Shown here piece after piece: positions 38,208 to 47,367 of a DNA stretch of 64,000 nucleotides (positions are counted from its first letter, which is position 1; each line of letters begins with the position of its first letter). The notes beneath the pieces are model-generated. The model was given only the letters and a program-made list of their open reading frames with translations, had not been told where the DNA came from and searched no databases. The DNA is from a bacterium. GTDB taxonomy: Bacteria; Eisenbacteria; RBG-16-71-46; CAIMUX01. Where the stretch lies: contig JAUIHP010000024.1 of assembly GCA_030431975.1 (NCBI GenBank), positions 5,321 to 69,320 on the forward strand, read 5' to 3'. The position numbers were made by a program, and so were the translations under genes.

Positions 38208-38962
38208 GCGTGAGCTCCCATTCTGAGGAGGCGTGCGGGCGTCTCCCCCTCGGTTGATGACAACTGTTGCAACTCGCGCTCGAGTTCAAGTTCCGTGACG
38301 AGCTGGGCGTCTCGATCAAAGGCGTTCTCGATTTCCGGAATGAGTTTCGCTTCAACCTCGCCGCGATCGGCCGGGCGACCCAAACACTCCGTCATGGAAG
38401 TGACCGGACGTCCCGTCAGGCCACAGGGAATGATCCAGCCGAAAGGCGCAAGATCCGCGTCGACGTTGAGCGCGAATCCGTGTGTGCTGACCCAGTGGCT
38501 CAGATGAAGACCGATGGCGGCCACCTTCGCCTTCTCTACCCAGACGCCGGTGGCTTTCTCGTCCCGTCGCCCCTCGATGCCGTACGCGCCCAGGGTTCGG
38601 ATGAGTACTTCTTCGATACTCCGCAGATAGGCGTGGACATCCATTTTCCACTGTCGGAGATCGAAGATCCAGTAACCGACGAGCTGGCCGGGCCCGTGGT
38701 AGGTGACGTCACCGCCCCGGTTGACGTCGACCAGTTCAACACCGCGTTTCGCGTACTCAGATTCCGAGAGCAGCAGGTTTTCCCGTCGGGCGTTGCGGCC
38801 CAGGGTCACGACCGGTTCGTGTTCGAGAAGGAGCAGGGTGTCCGAGATCCGCCCTTCGTACCGCGCCCGCCAAAGGCGCTTCTGAAGGTCCCAGAGAGGC
38901 CGATAGGACTGTCGCCCCGAGAACGAGACGACCCGAATCGGCAGTTTCTCCACTCCGCTCAC
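38204..38962 (-). CDS. lipB: Lipoyl(octanoyl) transferase
   Basis: LLEHEPVVTLGR, RGGDVTYHGPGQLVGY, KVAAIG, HGFALNV, IIPCGL. Confidence 0.96.
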   Translation of the reverse strand: MSGVEKLPIRVVSFSGRQSYRPLWDLQKRLWRARYEGRISDTLLLLEHEPVVTLGRNARRENLLLSESEYAKRGVELVDVNRGGDVTYHGPGQLVGYWIFDLRQWKMDVHAYLRSIEEVLIRTLGAYGIEGRRDEKATGVWVEKAKVAAIGLHLSHWVSTHGFALNVDADLAPFGWIIPCGLTGRPVTSMTECLGRPADRGEVEAKLIPEIENAFDRDAQLVTELELERELQQLSSTEGETPARLLRMGAHA

Positions 38963-39049
38963 GAACGTTGCACTCCTTCTTCAACCAGATGCGTTCGACA
39001 ATTCCTGTTCGACCACATGCGGTCGACGAGAAGTTTGTCGTCAGCCTGT

Positions 39050-40447
39050 CTAGAACGCGACGCTTTGATCGAACGCGATCCCCGTCGCGTCGGCCGAAGC
39101 CTCCGAGAGCGTCGGATGCGCGTGCACCGTGTCCAGAATCTCCTGGTAGGTGGCCTCGACCGTCAGGCCCAGTCCGAATTCCGCGATCATCTCCGTCGCC
39201 TCGGACCCGATGATATGTGCACCGAGCAATCCACCGTACTTGGCGTCATAGATCACCTTGACGAAGCCGTCGGTCTCACCGATCGCCAGGCTCTTCCCGC
39301 TGGCGCGGAAGGGCATCTTACCGACCTTGATTTCGATCCCGGCCTCTTTGCATGCCTCTTCCGTCATTCCAACGGAGCCCACCTGCGGCTGGCAGTAGGT
39401 ACAGCCCGGAATCTTCCCGTAGTCGATCGGCGGATGATCGTGGCCGGCGATGTGTTCGACGCAGACGATGCCCTCGTGGCTTGCGACGTGAGCCAACCAT
39501 GGCGGCCCGATGACGTCACCGATGGCATAGATCCCGGGAACGTTGGTTTTGTAGGTCGTCTTGTCGACGATGATCTGGCCACGCTCGTGCTGAACGCCGA
39601 CCGTTTCCAGTCCGATGTCTTCGACGTTGCCCTGAACTCCGATGGCAACGAGGCACTTCTCGGCCTTGATCGTCTCTTTGCCCTTCGACGTTTCGACGAC
39701 CGCCTCAACACCCTTTTTCTTGGCTTTGAGCGAATCGAGTTTCGAACCCGTCAGAAGTTTGAAGCCCTTCTTCTTGTAGATGCGGGCCATTTCTTTCGAG
39801 ACTTCGTGGTCTTCGACCGGGAGCAGGCGATCCTGCATCTCGACGACCGTGACCTCGGCGCCGAATGCCTGGTAGAGATAGGCGAACTCCATCCCGATGG
39901 CGCCGGCGCCGATGACCAGCAGCGATTTCGGAACCTCGGAAAGGACCATCGCCTCTTTGTAGGTCAGGATGTTCTCGCCGTCCGAGGGAGCGAACGGCAG
40001 CTGCCGAGCCCGGGCTCCCGTCGCAAGAATAATGTGATCGGCCGTCACGGTGCGCTTGTGCCCGCCGGGCTCGGTGACTTGAAGTGTGCCGGGAGCGGTC
40101 AGCTTGGCCCAACCGTCGATGACGTCGCTCTTGTACTTCTTGAGGAGGAAACCCACGCCCTTGTTGAGTTGCGCGGCGACGTCACGACTGCGTTTGACGA
40201 CCGCGGGAAAATCGAGTTTGACGCCGTCTGTCTGGATGCCCCAGAAGTCGCCGTGCTTGGTGTGCTCGTAGACCTCGGCGTTCTTGAGGAGAGCTTTGGT
40301 CGGAATGCAACCCCAGTTGAGGCAGATGCCTCCCATGTGCTGGGACTCGATGACGACCGTCTTCAGTCCGAGTTGGGCCGCCCGGATTCCCGCGACGTAG
40401 CCGCCTGGGCCGCCGCCGACGACGGCCACCTGCCAATGATCTGACAT
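39050..40447 (-). CDS. lpdA: Dihydrolipoyl dehydrogenase E3
   Basis: GGGPGGY, GGICLNWGCIPTK, GAGAIGME, HAHPTLSE. Start ATG 40447 after GGAGG. Confidence 0.97.
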   Translation of the reverse strand: MSDHWQVAVVGGGPGGYVAGIRAAQLGLKTVVIESQHMGGICLNWGCIPTKALLKNAEVYEHTKHGDFWGIQTDGVKLDFPAVVKRSRDVAAQLNKGVGFLLKKYKSDVIDGWAKLTAPGTLQVTEPGGHKRTVTADHIILATGARARQLPFAPSDGENILTYKEAMVLSEVPKSLLVIGAGAIGMEFAYLYQAFGAEVTVVEMQDRLLPVEDHEVSKEMARIYKKKGFKLLTGSKLDSLKAKKKGVEAVVETSKGKETIKAEKCLVAIGVQGNVEDIGLETVGVQHERGQIIVDKTTYKTNVPGIYAIGDVIGPPWLAHVASHEGIVCVEHIAGHDHPPIDYGKIPGCTYCQPQVGSVGMTEEACKEAGIEIKVGKMPFRASGKSLAIGETDGFVKVIYDAKYGGLLGAHIIGSEATEMIAEFGLGLTVEATYQEILDTVHAHPTLSEASADATGIAFDQSVAF

Positions 40448-40660
40448 TCCACCTCCGTGTTTTGGGAGCTCACGCTCTGGCACAGCCTCGCGCTTCCGGC
40501 AGGACTCCCTTCGATGCCGGTCCGACGAAGACGAGTCCCCGAATTTAGCACAGCCGAAGGGTCGAACCAAGGATCGGCCCCAACCCAAACGAAGCGCAGC
40601 AAGCTCGCGAGTTCCCGGCCCGGGACAGCCAAGCGGCTGGCGGACCGTCGTTTGAAACGA

Positions 40661-41704
40661 TCAGTTCTTCTTCCGCGGAGCAACGAGGCGGGACCCGCGA
40701 CGTTTGGCGCCGAGCAGGTCGAGAGCCCGGTTCTTGAGCTGGGTCTCCATGTCCCGAACCCGAGCCGGAGTCATCCCCTCGAGGGGCACTTTTCCCCCAG
40801 CCATCATTCCGTGTCCGCCCGCCTTTCCGTCTTCAGCCACGACCTGCTGGATGATACGACCGGCGTTGGCTGTGGGAAGGTTGGTCCGGATGCTCAGGAG
40901 TAGGTCCCTCTCGAATCGCCCCATGGTCAAGGCCCAATGAACCTTCTCCATCCGGACCATGAGATCGGCGAACTGCGCCACCATGTCCGGATTGTTCACG
41001 TCCCCGAAGCGGGTCACGGCCACATCTCCGTGAAGATGGGTTCCGGCGATGGCCTGATCGACCATTCGGAAGTAGGCGCGGGAAATCGGCGGGTTCTCGA
41101 TCTGCGAGAGCGCTTCGTTGTCGACCAGAGCGAAGAACTTGACGAAGGCCCGGGTGTCCGCCCGAGAGGCCTCACGCCCCAGATTGAGGGTCTCCGTTTT
41201 GATCGCGTAAAACATTGCGGTCGCCAAGCGGCGGTCGACCTTGACCTCGGCCGCAGTCACGTACTCGGCAAGCATGGACGCCGCCGCTCCGTAGTCTTCC
41301 CGGACGTCGTAGAAGGGGCTTTTCTTCGTCTCTTCCCGACAGGGATGGTGATCGACAACGATGGTCGGAATCACCCCCTCGGGCAGCGAGTTGTTGCCGG
41401 TCTGGGGTTGCGAATCGACAAGGGCAAACGCGTCGTAATCGGCGAGATTGATGGAGTCCAGCGGGCGAAGCGGAACTCGAAGAATCCGGGTCAGAGTCCG
41501 ATTCTCGCTACGCCCGATGATGCCCGCGTAGGCAAGATCCGCCTGCAGTTTCCCGACCTTCCGAACGACTTTGGTCAGGGCCCACCCACTGGCGATGCTG
41601 TCCGGATCCGGATTGTCATGCGTCAGGACGAGGAGTCGTTTCTTGTCCTCGAGCACCTCAGCGAGCTGTCGCAATCGCCGTTCGGCACCGGAACTGGTCG
41701 TCAA
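40661..41704 (-). CDS. DHH/DHHA1 phosphoesterase (NrnA-like)
   Basis: THDNPDPDS, LVD, VVDHH, SIR, AGGHGMMAG. Confidence 0.9.
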   Translation of the reverse strand: MTTSSGAERRLRQLAEVLEDKKRLLVLTHDNPDPDSIASGWALTKVVRKVGKLQADLAYAGIIGRSENRTLTRILRVPLRPLDSINLADYDAFALVDSQPQTGNNSLPEGVIPTIVVDHHPCREETKKSPFYDVREDYGAAASMLAEYVTAAEVKVDRRLATAMFYAIKTETLNLGREASRADTRAFVKFFALVDNEALSQIENPPISRAYFRMVDQAIAGTHLHGDVAVTRFGDVNNPDMVAQFADLMVRMEKVHWALTMGRFERDLLLSIRTNLPTANAGRIIQQVVAEDGKAGGHGMMAGGKVPLEGMTPARVRDMETQLKNRALDLLGAKRRGSRLVAPRKKN

Positions 41705-41963
41705 GGGACGCCTCCTCGGGTGGCTGGGAACAAAACGTGGAATGCTACGAACGATAAATCCGGGAGGTCAAGGCTTTCCCACGGTCTTTCGGGAAGCGGC
41801 CAAGCCTCGGAAACAGTCGAGAGATTTTGCGAAAAACAGGACGAATGTCCTGAGTTGGACGGTGCTCGATACCAGTGGACCGTAACCCAGGAATCCGCCC
41901 ACCCCGCTAGCTTGTTCTCGAGGCAGGTCTGCTGAAACTCGACGACGAGTTTTTCTCGGCCTG

Positions 41964-43925
41964 CTAGCGGCCGTGCGCCGCCCCATTCGATCCGGGATCC
42001 TTGGCCCCGTGGAATGCCGCGATCTTGGCGACCCGGGCTTCGATAGGCAACACCATCGTGACCCGCGTTCCCTCTCCCTGTCGGCTCTCGATTTGGATCC
42101 GACCTTCGTGTCTTTGGAAGATCCCCTGGGAAGCCGACAGGCCAAGCCCCCGATTTGCGGCCCCCTTGGTCGTAAAGAACGGCTCGAATGCGCGGGAAAC
42201 GGCCTCTTCGCTCATCCCTTCGCCTTCGTCCTCTACGACAACGTGGACAAAGCGCCCGACCTCCTGGGTCGTGACCCGAATGACACCGCCGCGCGGCATC
42301 GCCTCCGCAGCATTGGTCAGGATCCGACCGAATGCGTCCTGAAGCAGAGGCCCGGCTCCCCGAACCGCCGCGACCTCCTTCAAGTCCAGATCCACTCGGA
42401 TCGGGGCCGCTCCGTTCTCGCGAACCGAACTCCAGATACTCTGCTGATAGTAGGCCACGTCGCGGATCGTCCGATTGAGATCGATCTCGACGTATCGCAG
42501 ATCCATCTGCTCGCCGAAGTAGTCCTGCAGGTGCCGCACCATCTCACCGGCTTTGAGAACCGAAGCCTGAATGACTTCGAGGCTGTCGAGAAGCTTCTCC
42601 TCTTTGACTTTTCGCTGCACGAGCTGCGCCCGACCATGAATGATGGCGAGGATGTTGTTGAAGTGATGGGCAACGAGAGCGGTCATCTCACCCATCGAGC
42701 GCATCCGCTCGTTCTGCATGATCTGTTGGATGAGCGCCTTTCGCTGCGTCACGTCGACAAGCAGGAGTTCGCAGACAGCGCGGCCGTCATAAAGAACCTT
42801 GCGGCCACGAACCTCGAGGTCGATAGCGCGTCCGGAACTCGCCATGCCACTCCACTCGTCTGCGAAGGACTCTCCGTCCGGATCCAGCTCGCTCAGTTGC
42901 TTTCGTGCCTCTTCGTGAAAGTTCGGGTGCAGGATGTCCATCCAGGAAAGTTCGCCCGATTCCACCTCGGAAGCCTCACGCTCGAAAATCTCGAGGAAGG
43001 TCGCATTCGTAAAGAGGAACGTGTCCCCTTCCAAATAGCAGTAGGCGTCCGGGCTTCCCTCGACCAACAGCCGGTACATTTCGCGGGACGCCTGAAGCTC
43101 GGCCGTTCGTTCCACGACCTTGTCTTCCAGGGACGCATTGAGCTGAATGAGTTCCTTCTTCGCGGTCTCCAGTTGACCGGTTCGCTTGTCCAAAGCCGCC
43201 CCGGCGGCCTTGAAGTGCTGTGCGAGTTCGCCGATCTCGTCTCCCGCATCGACATCGAAACTCGGATCCCAGTTTCCGGTCGGCAACTGGTCTGCGGCGA
43301 CGACGAGTTCCTGTAGTGGTCTCGTGATGCGGCGTGCGAGGAACCAGGAGGCGAAACTCGCCGCGGCAACGCCGCAAAGACCAAAGACGATGAGGAGAAT
43401 GCGCGTGACGCCGAGCTGACGCGAGACCTCGCCCAGAGAAAGCCCGAGCCGAACCGTTCCCCACCTGGAACCGTCACCGGGAAGCAGGACCGGAACCACA
43501 GCCTCCATGACCGGCAGGTCCTTGCTTCCATCGTTCCAAAGCGCAGAGTTCACGGTTGTCGTAGCCGTCGTTCGAGCGGTGGCGGAAGCCTCGTCCTCAG
43601 GATAGGTTCCCTTCCGCTCCGGCGCGCCACTGAATCCGGCGACCCTTCCTTCCTTGTCGAGGAGAACGGCGTAGATCACCTCTTCCCCGTCAACCACTCC
43701 GTCCGCGACCTGCTGCAAGGTCAGGTAGTCGTACTGAAGAAGATGTGGCCGAGCCACAGCCGCCAACACTTCTGCCATGTTGGCACTGCGACGTTCGACA
43801 TTTCGCATCAGGGTCTGACGAAAGTAGGACTCCATCGTCAGGAAGAGCAGTGCCGTCATGCTGACAAAGAGGAGAGCGAACACCGTCGTGAAGCGATGGG
43901 ACAGCTTCATTTTTCGCAGGTTCAT
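41964..43925 (-). CDS. Membrane sensor histidine kinase (Cache-like, HAMP, PAS, HisKA, HATPase)
   Basis: Two TMs; HAMP (ITRPL..DEIGELA); VAHHFNNIL H-box; DEGEGM, FEPFFTTK, GLGL. ATG 43925 overlaps the SBP stop (ATGA). Confidence 0.92.
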   Translation of the reverse strand: MNLRKMKLSHRFTTVFALLFVSMTALLFLTMESYFRQTLMRNVERRSANMAEVLAAVARPHLLQYDYLTLQQVADGVVDGEEVIYAVLLDKEGRVAGFSGAPERKGTYPEDEASATARTTATTTVNSALWNDGSKDLPVMEAVVPVLLPGDGSRWGTVRLGLSLGEVSRQLGVTRILLIVFGLCGVAAASFASWFLARRITRPLQELVVAADQLPTGNWDPSFDVDAGDEIGELAQHFKAAGAALDKRTGQLETAKKELIQLNASLEDKVVERTAELQASREMYRLLVEGSPDAYCYLEGDTFLFTNATFLEIFEREASEVESGELSWMDILHPNFHEEARKQLSELDPDGESFADEWSGMASSGRAIDLEVRGRKVLYDGRAVCELLLVDVTQRKALIQQIMQNERMRSMGEMTALVAHHFNNILAIIHGRAQLVQRKVKEEKLLDSLEVIQASVLKAGEMVRHLQDYFGEQMDLRYVEIDLNRTIRDVAYYQQSIWSSVRENGAAPIRVDLDLKEVAAVRGAGPLLQDAFGRILTNAAEAMPRGGVIRVTTQEVGRFVHVVVEDEGEGMSEEAVSRAFEPFFTTKGAANRGLGLSASQGIFQRHEGRIQIESRQGEGTRVTMVLPIEARVAKIAAFHGAKDPGSNGAAHGR

Positions 43926-45634
43926 CGTTCCGTCCCCGCCACTCCGCTCGGCGCCGGCGTCGTCTCCAGCCAAACGGCCGAGAAGTTCACCGCGGTCATT
44001 CCATAGAGGCCGATTTCCAATCCCCGCACCTCGGGCGCAAAGGCATAGCTTTCGAGTTCGTGATAGGTCGGGATGACCGGAGCCTGATCCAGGATGTGTT
44101 TTTCGACTCGGCGATACTTCTGAAGGCGCTCCGGACCGGGACGCATCTGCCTTGCCTCTTCCAGCGCGCGATCGACCTCATCGTCGAAGAACGCGAAGAG
44201 ATTGTTCGGGACCTCGGAGTGAAAGAGCGGAAAGAAGAATCCGTCCGGATCCGGAACGTCCGCCAACCAGCCGAGGGAAAACATGGGCGCCGTATCGGTC
44301 TCGAGACGTTCGTCCATCTCCATCCAGGAGATTCCGACCACGACCATCGGGATCCCGACTTTGGCCAGACTCTCCTTGAAGGGACCGTCGAGCCACTGGA
44401 AGGTGCGGCCGGTTCCCGAAGCGTAAAGGACGATCGTCGGAGTCGGGTGTGCGGGTCCGTAGCCGACCTCGGCCAGCAGCCGGCGCGCTTCGTCCAGGTC
44501 GTACGGTACGACGTGCGGTTCGGGCAGGTATCCGGAAACACCGGGGGGAAGAATTCCGGAGGCCGGAACCACGTCCTCGAATCCTTCGCCCTGGAATCCT
44601 TCACGATTGACGCAGTGCGCGATGGCCCTTCTCACACGCGGGTCGTCGAGAGGTGGATGACTCGCGGAGAGTCCCACGAAGCTGAAAGTCAGTTCGGGAT
44701 TGGAGAACACCTGGAACCCACTCCGTTGGAGTTGGGGCACTTCGTCGGCGTGAACGTAGATTCCACTGACGTCACCCGTCAGGAGCCGGCTTCGCCGCTC
44801 CTCTTCCTGCATCGTATCCCGCGGACTGACGAAAACCAGGCTGTCGAGAAGAGCGGGCTGCCCCCAGTACTGCGGGTTCGCGCCCAGGGCGAGGCTCTCG
44901 AGACCGTCGAACTCTCCCCGCTCCACAAAGCGAAACGGGCCGGTCCCGATGGGGTACTCCGCCAGATCGGTGTCTCCGCCGACTTGTAGCGGAACGATGC
45001 GGAGCTGATCCATCGCAAGGACAGAGAGGAAGAAACTGAGTGGCTCGTGAAGGGTGACTTCAACCGTCATCTCATCGATCGCCTGGAGACCCGCAATCGA
45101 GTCCGTGCGACCAGCGAGATACTCCTCGGCACCCTTGATTTGCAGCAAATAGGTTTCGGCCAGGCACTGGCCCGGATTGTCCTGATCCAGACAACGCTCC
45201 AACGATCGGCAGACGACGTCGGAGTTCAGCATCGACCCGTCATGAAAGACCACGCCGGGTCGAATCCGGAACTGGTAGTGAAGCCCGTCGTCCGAGACGG
45301 TCCAGCTTTCGGCCAGACGCGGGACGACTCCCAGATGCTCGTCGAACTGAGTCAAACCTTCATAGATCTGGTTGGTGACCGCGCCTTCATAGATGTCGTC
45401 GACGAGGACCGGGTCGAGGTCGATGGCGTGTTCGCTCCATACCCGCAGGACTCCACCTTCGTCCGGGGTGTCCACCACGGCGAGTGGAACGGGCTCGGAC
45501 TCTTTGCAGCTCACTACGAAGACGGAGAGTCCAGCCAGGAGGCCCGCCGCAGAGAACAGACGGCCGAGGCGACCGCCCGGGACGTCGACCCGGGCATTGG
45601 GGGCGCAAGCGTGGATGTTTTTGGAGTCGTGAAT
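43922..45634 (-). CDS. Family 5 (OppA/DppA-like) solute-binding lipoprotein
   Basis: LDP; QIYEGL; PRLAESWTVSDDG..F.IRPGVVFHDG; PIGTGPF; DPRVRRAI. The frame continues upstream of the track start through a lipoprotein signal (LLAGLSVFVVSC) to ATT 45634. Confidence 0.85.
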   Translation of the reverse strand: MHDSKNIHACAPNARVDVPGGRLGRLFSAAGLLAGLSVFVVSCKESEPVPLAVVDTPDEGGVLRVWSEHAIDLDPVLVDDIYEGAVTNQIYEGLTQFDEHLGVVPRLAESWTVSDDGLHYQFRIRPGVVFHDGSMLNSDVVCRSLERCLDQDNPGQCLAETYLLQIKGAEEYLAGRTDSIAGLQAIDEMTVEVTLHEPLSFFLSVLAMDQLRIVPLQVGGDTDLAEYPIGTGPFRFVERGEFDGLESLALGANPQYWGQPALLDSLVFVSPRDTMQEEERRSRLLTGDVSGIYVHADEVPQLQRSGFQVFSNPELTFSFVGLSASHPPLDDPRVRRAIAHCVNREGFQGEGFEDVVPASGILPPGVSGYLPEPHVVPYDLDEARRLLAEVGYGPAHPTPTIVLYASGTGRTFQWLDGPFKESLAKVGIPMVVVGISWMEMDERLETDTAPMFSLGWLADVPDPDGFFFPLFHSEVPNNLFAFFDDEVDRALEEARQMRPGPERLQKYRRVEKHILDQAPVIPTYHELESYAFAPEVRGLEIGLYGMTAVNFSAVWLETTPAPSGVAGTER

Positions 45635-46015
45635 CTTGGGCCTTCCTCATCCGGGGTGCGAGTCTTCTCTTCTAAGGAGATCGGTGACCTTCCCACGGCA
45701 CTTGAGGAGGAGCAGTCCATACCGGCCAGGGCGAGCCCAAACTGGAAGTCACCGCCGTAGATCCTTGGTTTGCTAGGGGCTTAGCCCAAGTCATCCATCG
45801 AGGTCGGGGCCCCGTCGCTATGGCTGGAGCGACACGAGTTGGAGAATGCGGAAAGAACTGCCGGGTTACGACCTCGACACGGTCACACGAAGGGCAAAAG
45901 AGCCTACGCATAACCGGGAAGAGGTTTACGATGAAGGGAGAGGCTTGCGGTTTTCAGAACGACCGCAGCCCGGTCCACAGGCGGCTGATCCGGCACCTAC
46001 TGCGCGGAGGACTCG

Positions 46016-46645
46016 ATGCGACGACTCGCCCTGATCCTGGCCATGGCCCTGGCAACGTACGGAGTTTCTTCGGCAGAGGCCGCTGAACTCTCAGCCACCT
46101 ACACGGGTCAGTTCATCCATCTCGATTTGGAAGGAACGTTCGCGCAGTACACCGTCCTGCGCGCCCCGCAAGGAACGGAAGACTTCGATATCCTGGAGTT
46201 CAACGAAACCGGTTGCACCCAGCGCTGCACCTACGAGGACTTCGCCATCTACCATGGGGGCGCGTATGACTACGCCATCCATGTCCTCATGCCGAATGGC
46301 GACATCCGGACCTTTGGACCGACCTCGATCACGATCAGTCCCGAATTGGGACTCGATCTTTCCAGTCGGGCCACCCCGAATCCAGCCCGGCCCCGGACTC
46401 GTATCTCGTGGGTCGTGCCGGCCACGGTGGCGCAGACGGGCACCGTCCGCACGGCCGTGACCATTCATGATCCGACGGGCCGACAGGTGAGCGTGCTGTA
46501 CGACAGTGTCGTTCCGGTCGGAGAGTACTCGGTCGCTTGGGACGGGACGGACGCCGCTGGGCGGGAGCTTCCTTCAGGAAGTTACTTCTACCGGATTCAG
46601 GCCGGCTTCCACTCTGAGGTCGGACGGATGGCCCTCGTCAAGTAA
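46016..46645 (+). CDS. Small secreted protein: signal peptide, FN3-like domain and FlgD/T9SS CTD
   Basis: MRRLALILAMALA signal; TPNPAR...IHDPTGRQV..WDGTDAAGRELPSGSYFYRI. GGAGG RBS. Confidence 0.82.
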   Translation: MRRLALILAMALATYGVSSAEAAELSATYTGQFIHLDLEGTFAQYTVLRAPQGTEDFDILEFNETGCTQRCTYEDFAIYHGGAYDYAIHVLMPNGDIRTFGPTSITISPELGLDLSSRATPNPARPRTRISWVVPATVAQTGTVRTAVTIHDPTGRQVSVLYDSVVPVGEYSVAWDGTDAAGRELPSGSYFYRIQAGFHSEVGRMALVK

Positions 46646-46663
46646 CGAGGGCCCGTCCGCGCT

Positions 46664-47290
46664 TTACCGAACGAAGAGCTGCTTGATCGCGCCCCACGTC
46701 GAGTCGAGGGTCGGGGTCGGGTCGCCCGGACGCACGCCATACGTCCCCGTGTAGATGTAGTCGTTGGAGAAGGAGAGATCTCCGTCGGCCGCATTCCCCG
46801 CGACGTAGAAGGTCACGCTCTCCACCGCCGCATCGGGGGCCACCCACTCGAAGTCCCAAGTGACCGGACCGTCGGCCTGGCCCTGGTAGGTTCCCTCTGA
46901 AGTCTGTTTCAGGAAGTCGACTTCGGAACCGCCGGAATTCTCGGAGATCTGAGTGTTGACCGCATCGGTCACGAGAAGAGATCCCCCCTCTTGCAAGAAG
47001 TCCGCGTCGTCCAGAACGGTCAGCTCAAAACCCCATCGAGCCTGGCCCGGATCCTCGAGCTGCACCGTCAGAGCGTAGGTCTGACCGGGGACATATTCAG
47101 CCGGCAGACCGAGAATCTGCAGCCCCCCGTCGCCGGAGTTGACCGGAAAACTGAAGTGGCAAAGCGTGCAGTCGAAGTTGTCCGGAGGATTGCCGGCAAA
47201 ACCGTCGGCCGGCCCAAGACTGGACGCGAAGACGGTGGCAGGAAGTGCGCAAAGGGCCAGAGCGAACGCGGCGCAGGAACGGGACTTCAT
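46664..47290 (-). CDS. Choice-of-anchor V / Reeler-like secreted protein with CxxCH and WGxIK tail
   Basis: Signal peptide from ATG 47290; GNPPDNFDCTLCH; YVPGQTY; WGFELT; WDFEWVAP..VTFYVAGNAADGD; tail STWGAIKQLFVR. Confidence 0.8.
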   Translation of the reverse strand: MKSRSCAAFALALCALPATVFASSLGPADGFAGNPPDNFDCTLCHFSFPVNSGDGGLQILGLPAEYVPGQTYALTVQLEDPGQARWGFELTVLDDADFLQEGGSLLVTDAVNTQISENSGGSEVDFLKQTSEGTYQGQADGPVTWDFEWVAPDAAVESVTFYVAGNAADGDLSFSNDYIYTGTYGVRPGDPTPTLDSTWGAIKQLFVR

Positions 47291-47367
47291 GAGTCTCTCC
47301 CGATAAGGCGGTGAGTGGATGACGTACGGTGCGTGACCGGAAATTGTACGCGATGGTTCACGCAAAG

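Noticed and set aside
38267-40444. 725-aa plus-strand ORF and similar long antisense ORFs (343-1725, 15527-16966, 36078-37424, 41973-43316, 53200-54396)
   Set aside because: Mirror frames of well-supported genes, expected from GC-rich codon bias.
33286-40447. Fused E1 alpha/beta and the lipoate cluster as a novelty
   Set aside because: Fused E1 and lpdA/lipB/E2/lipA clustering are common in FCB bacteria.
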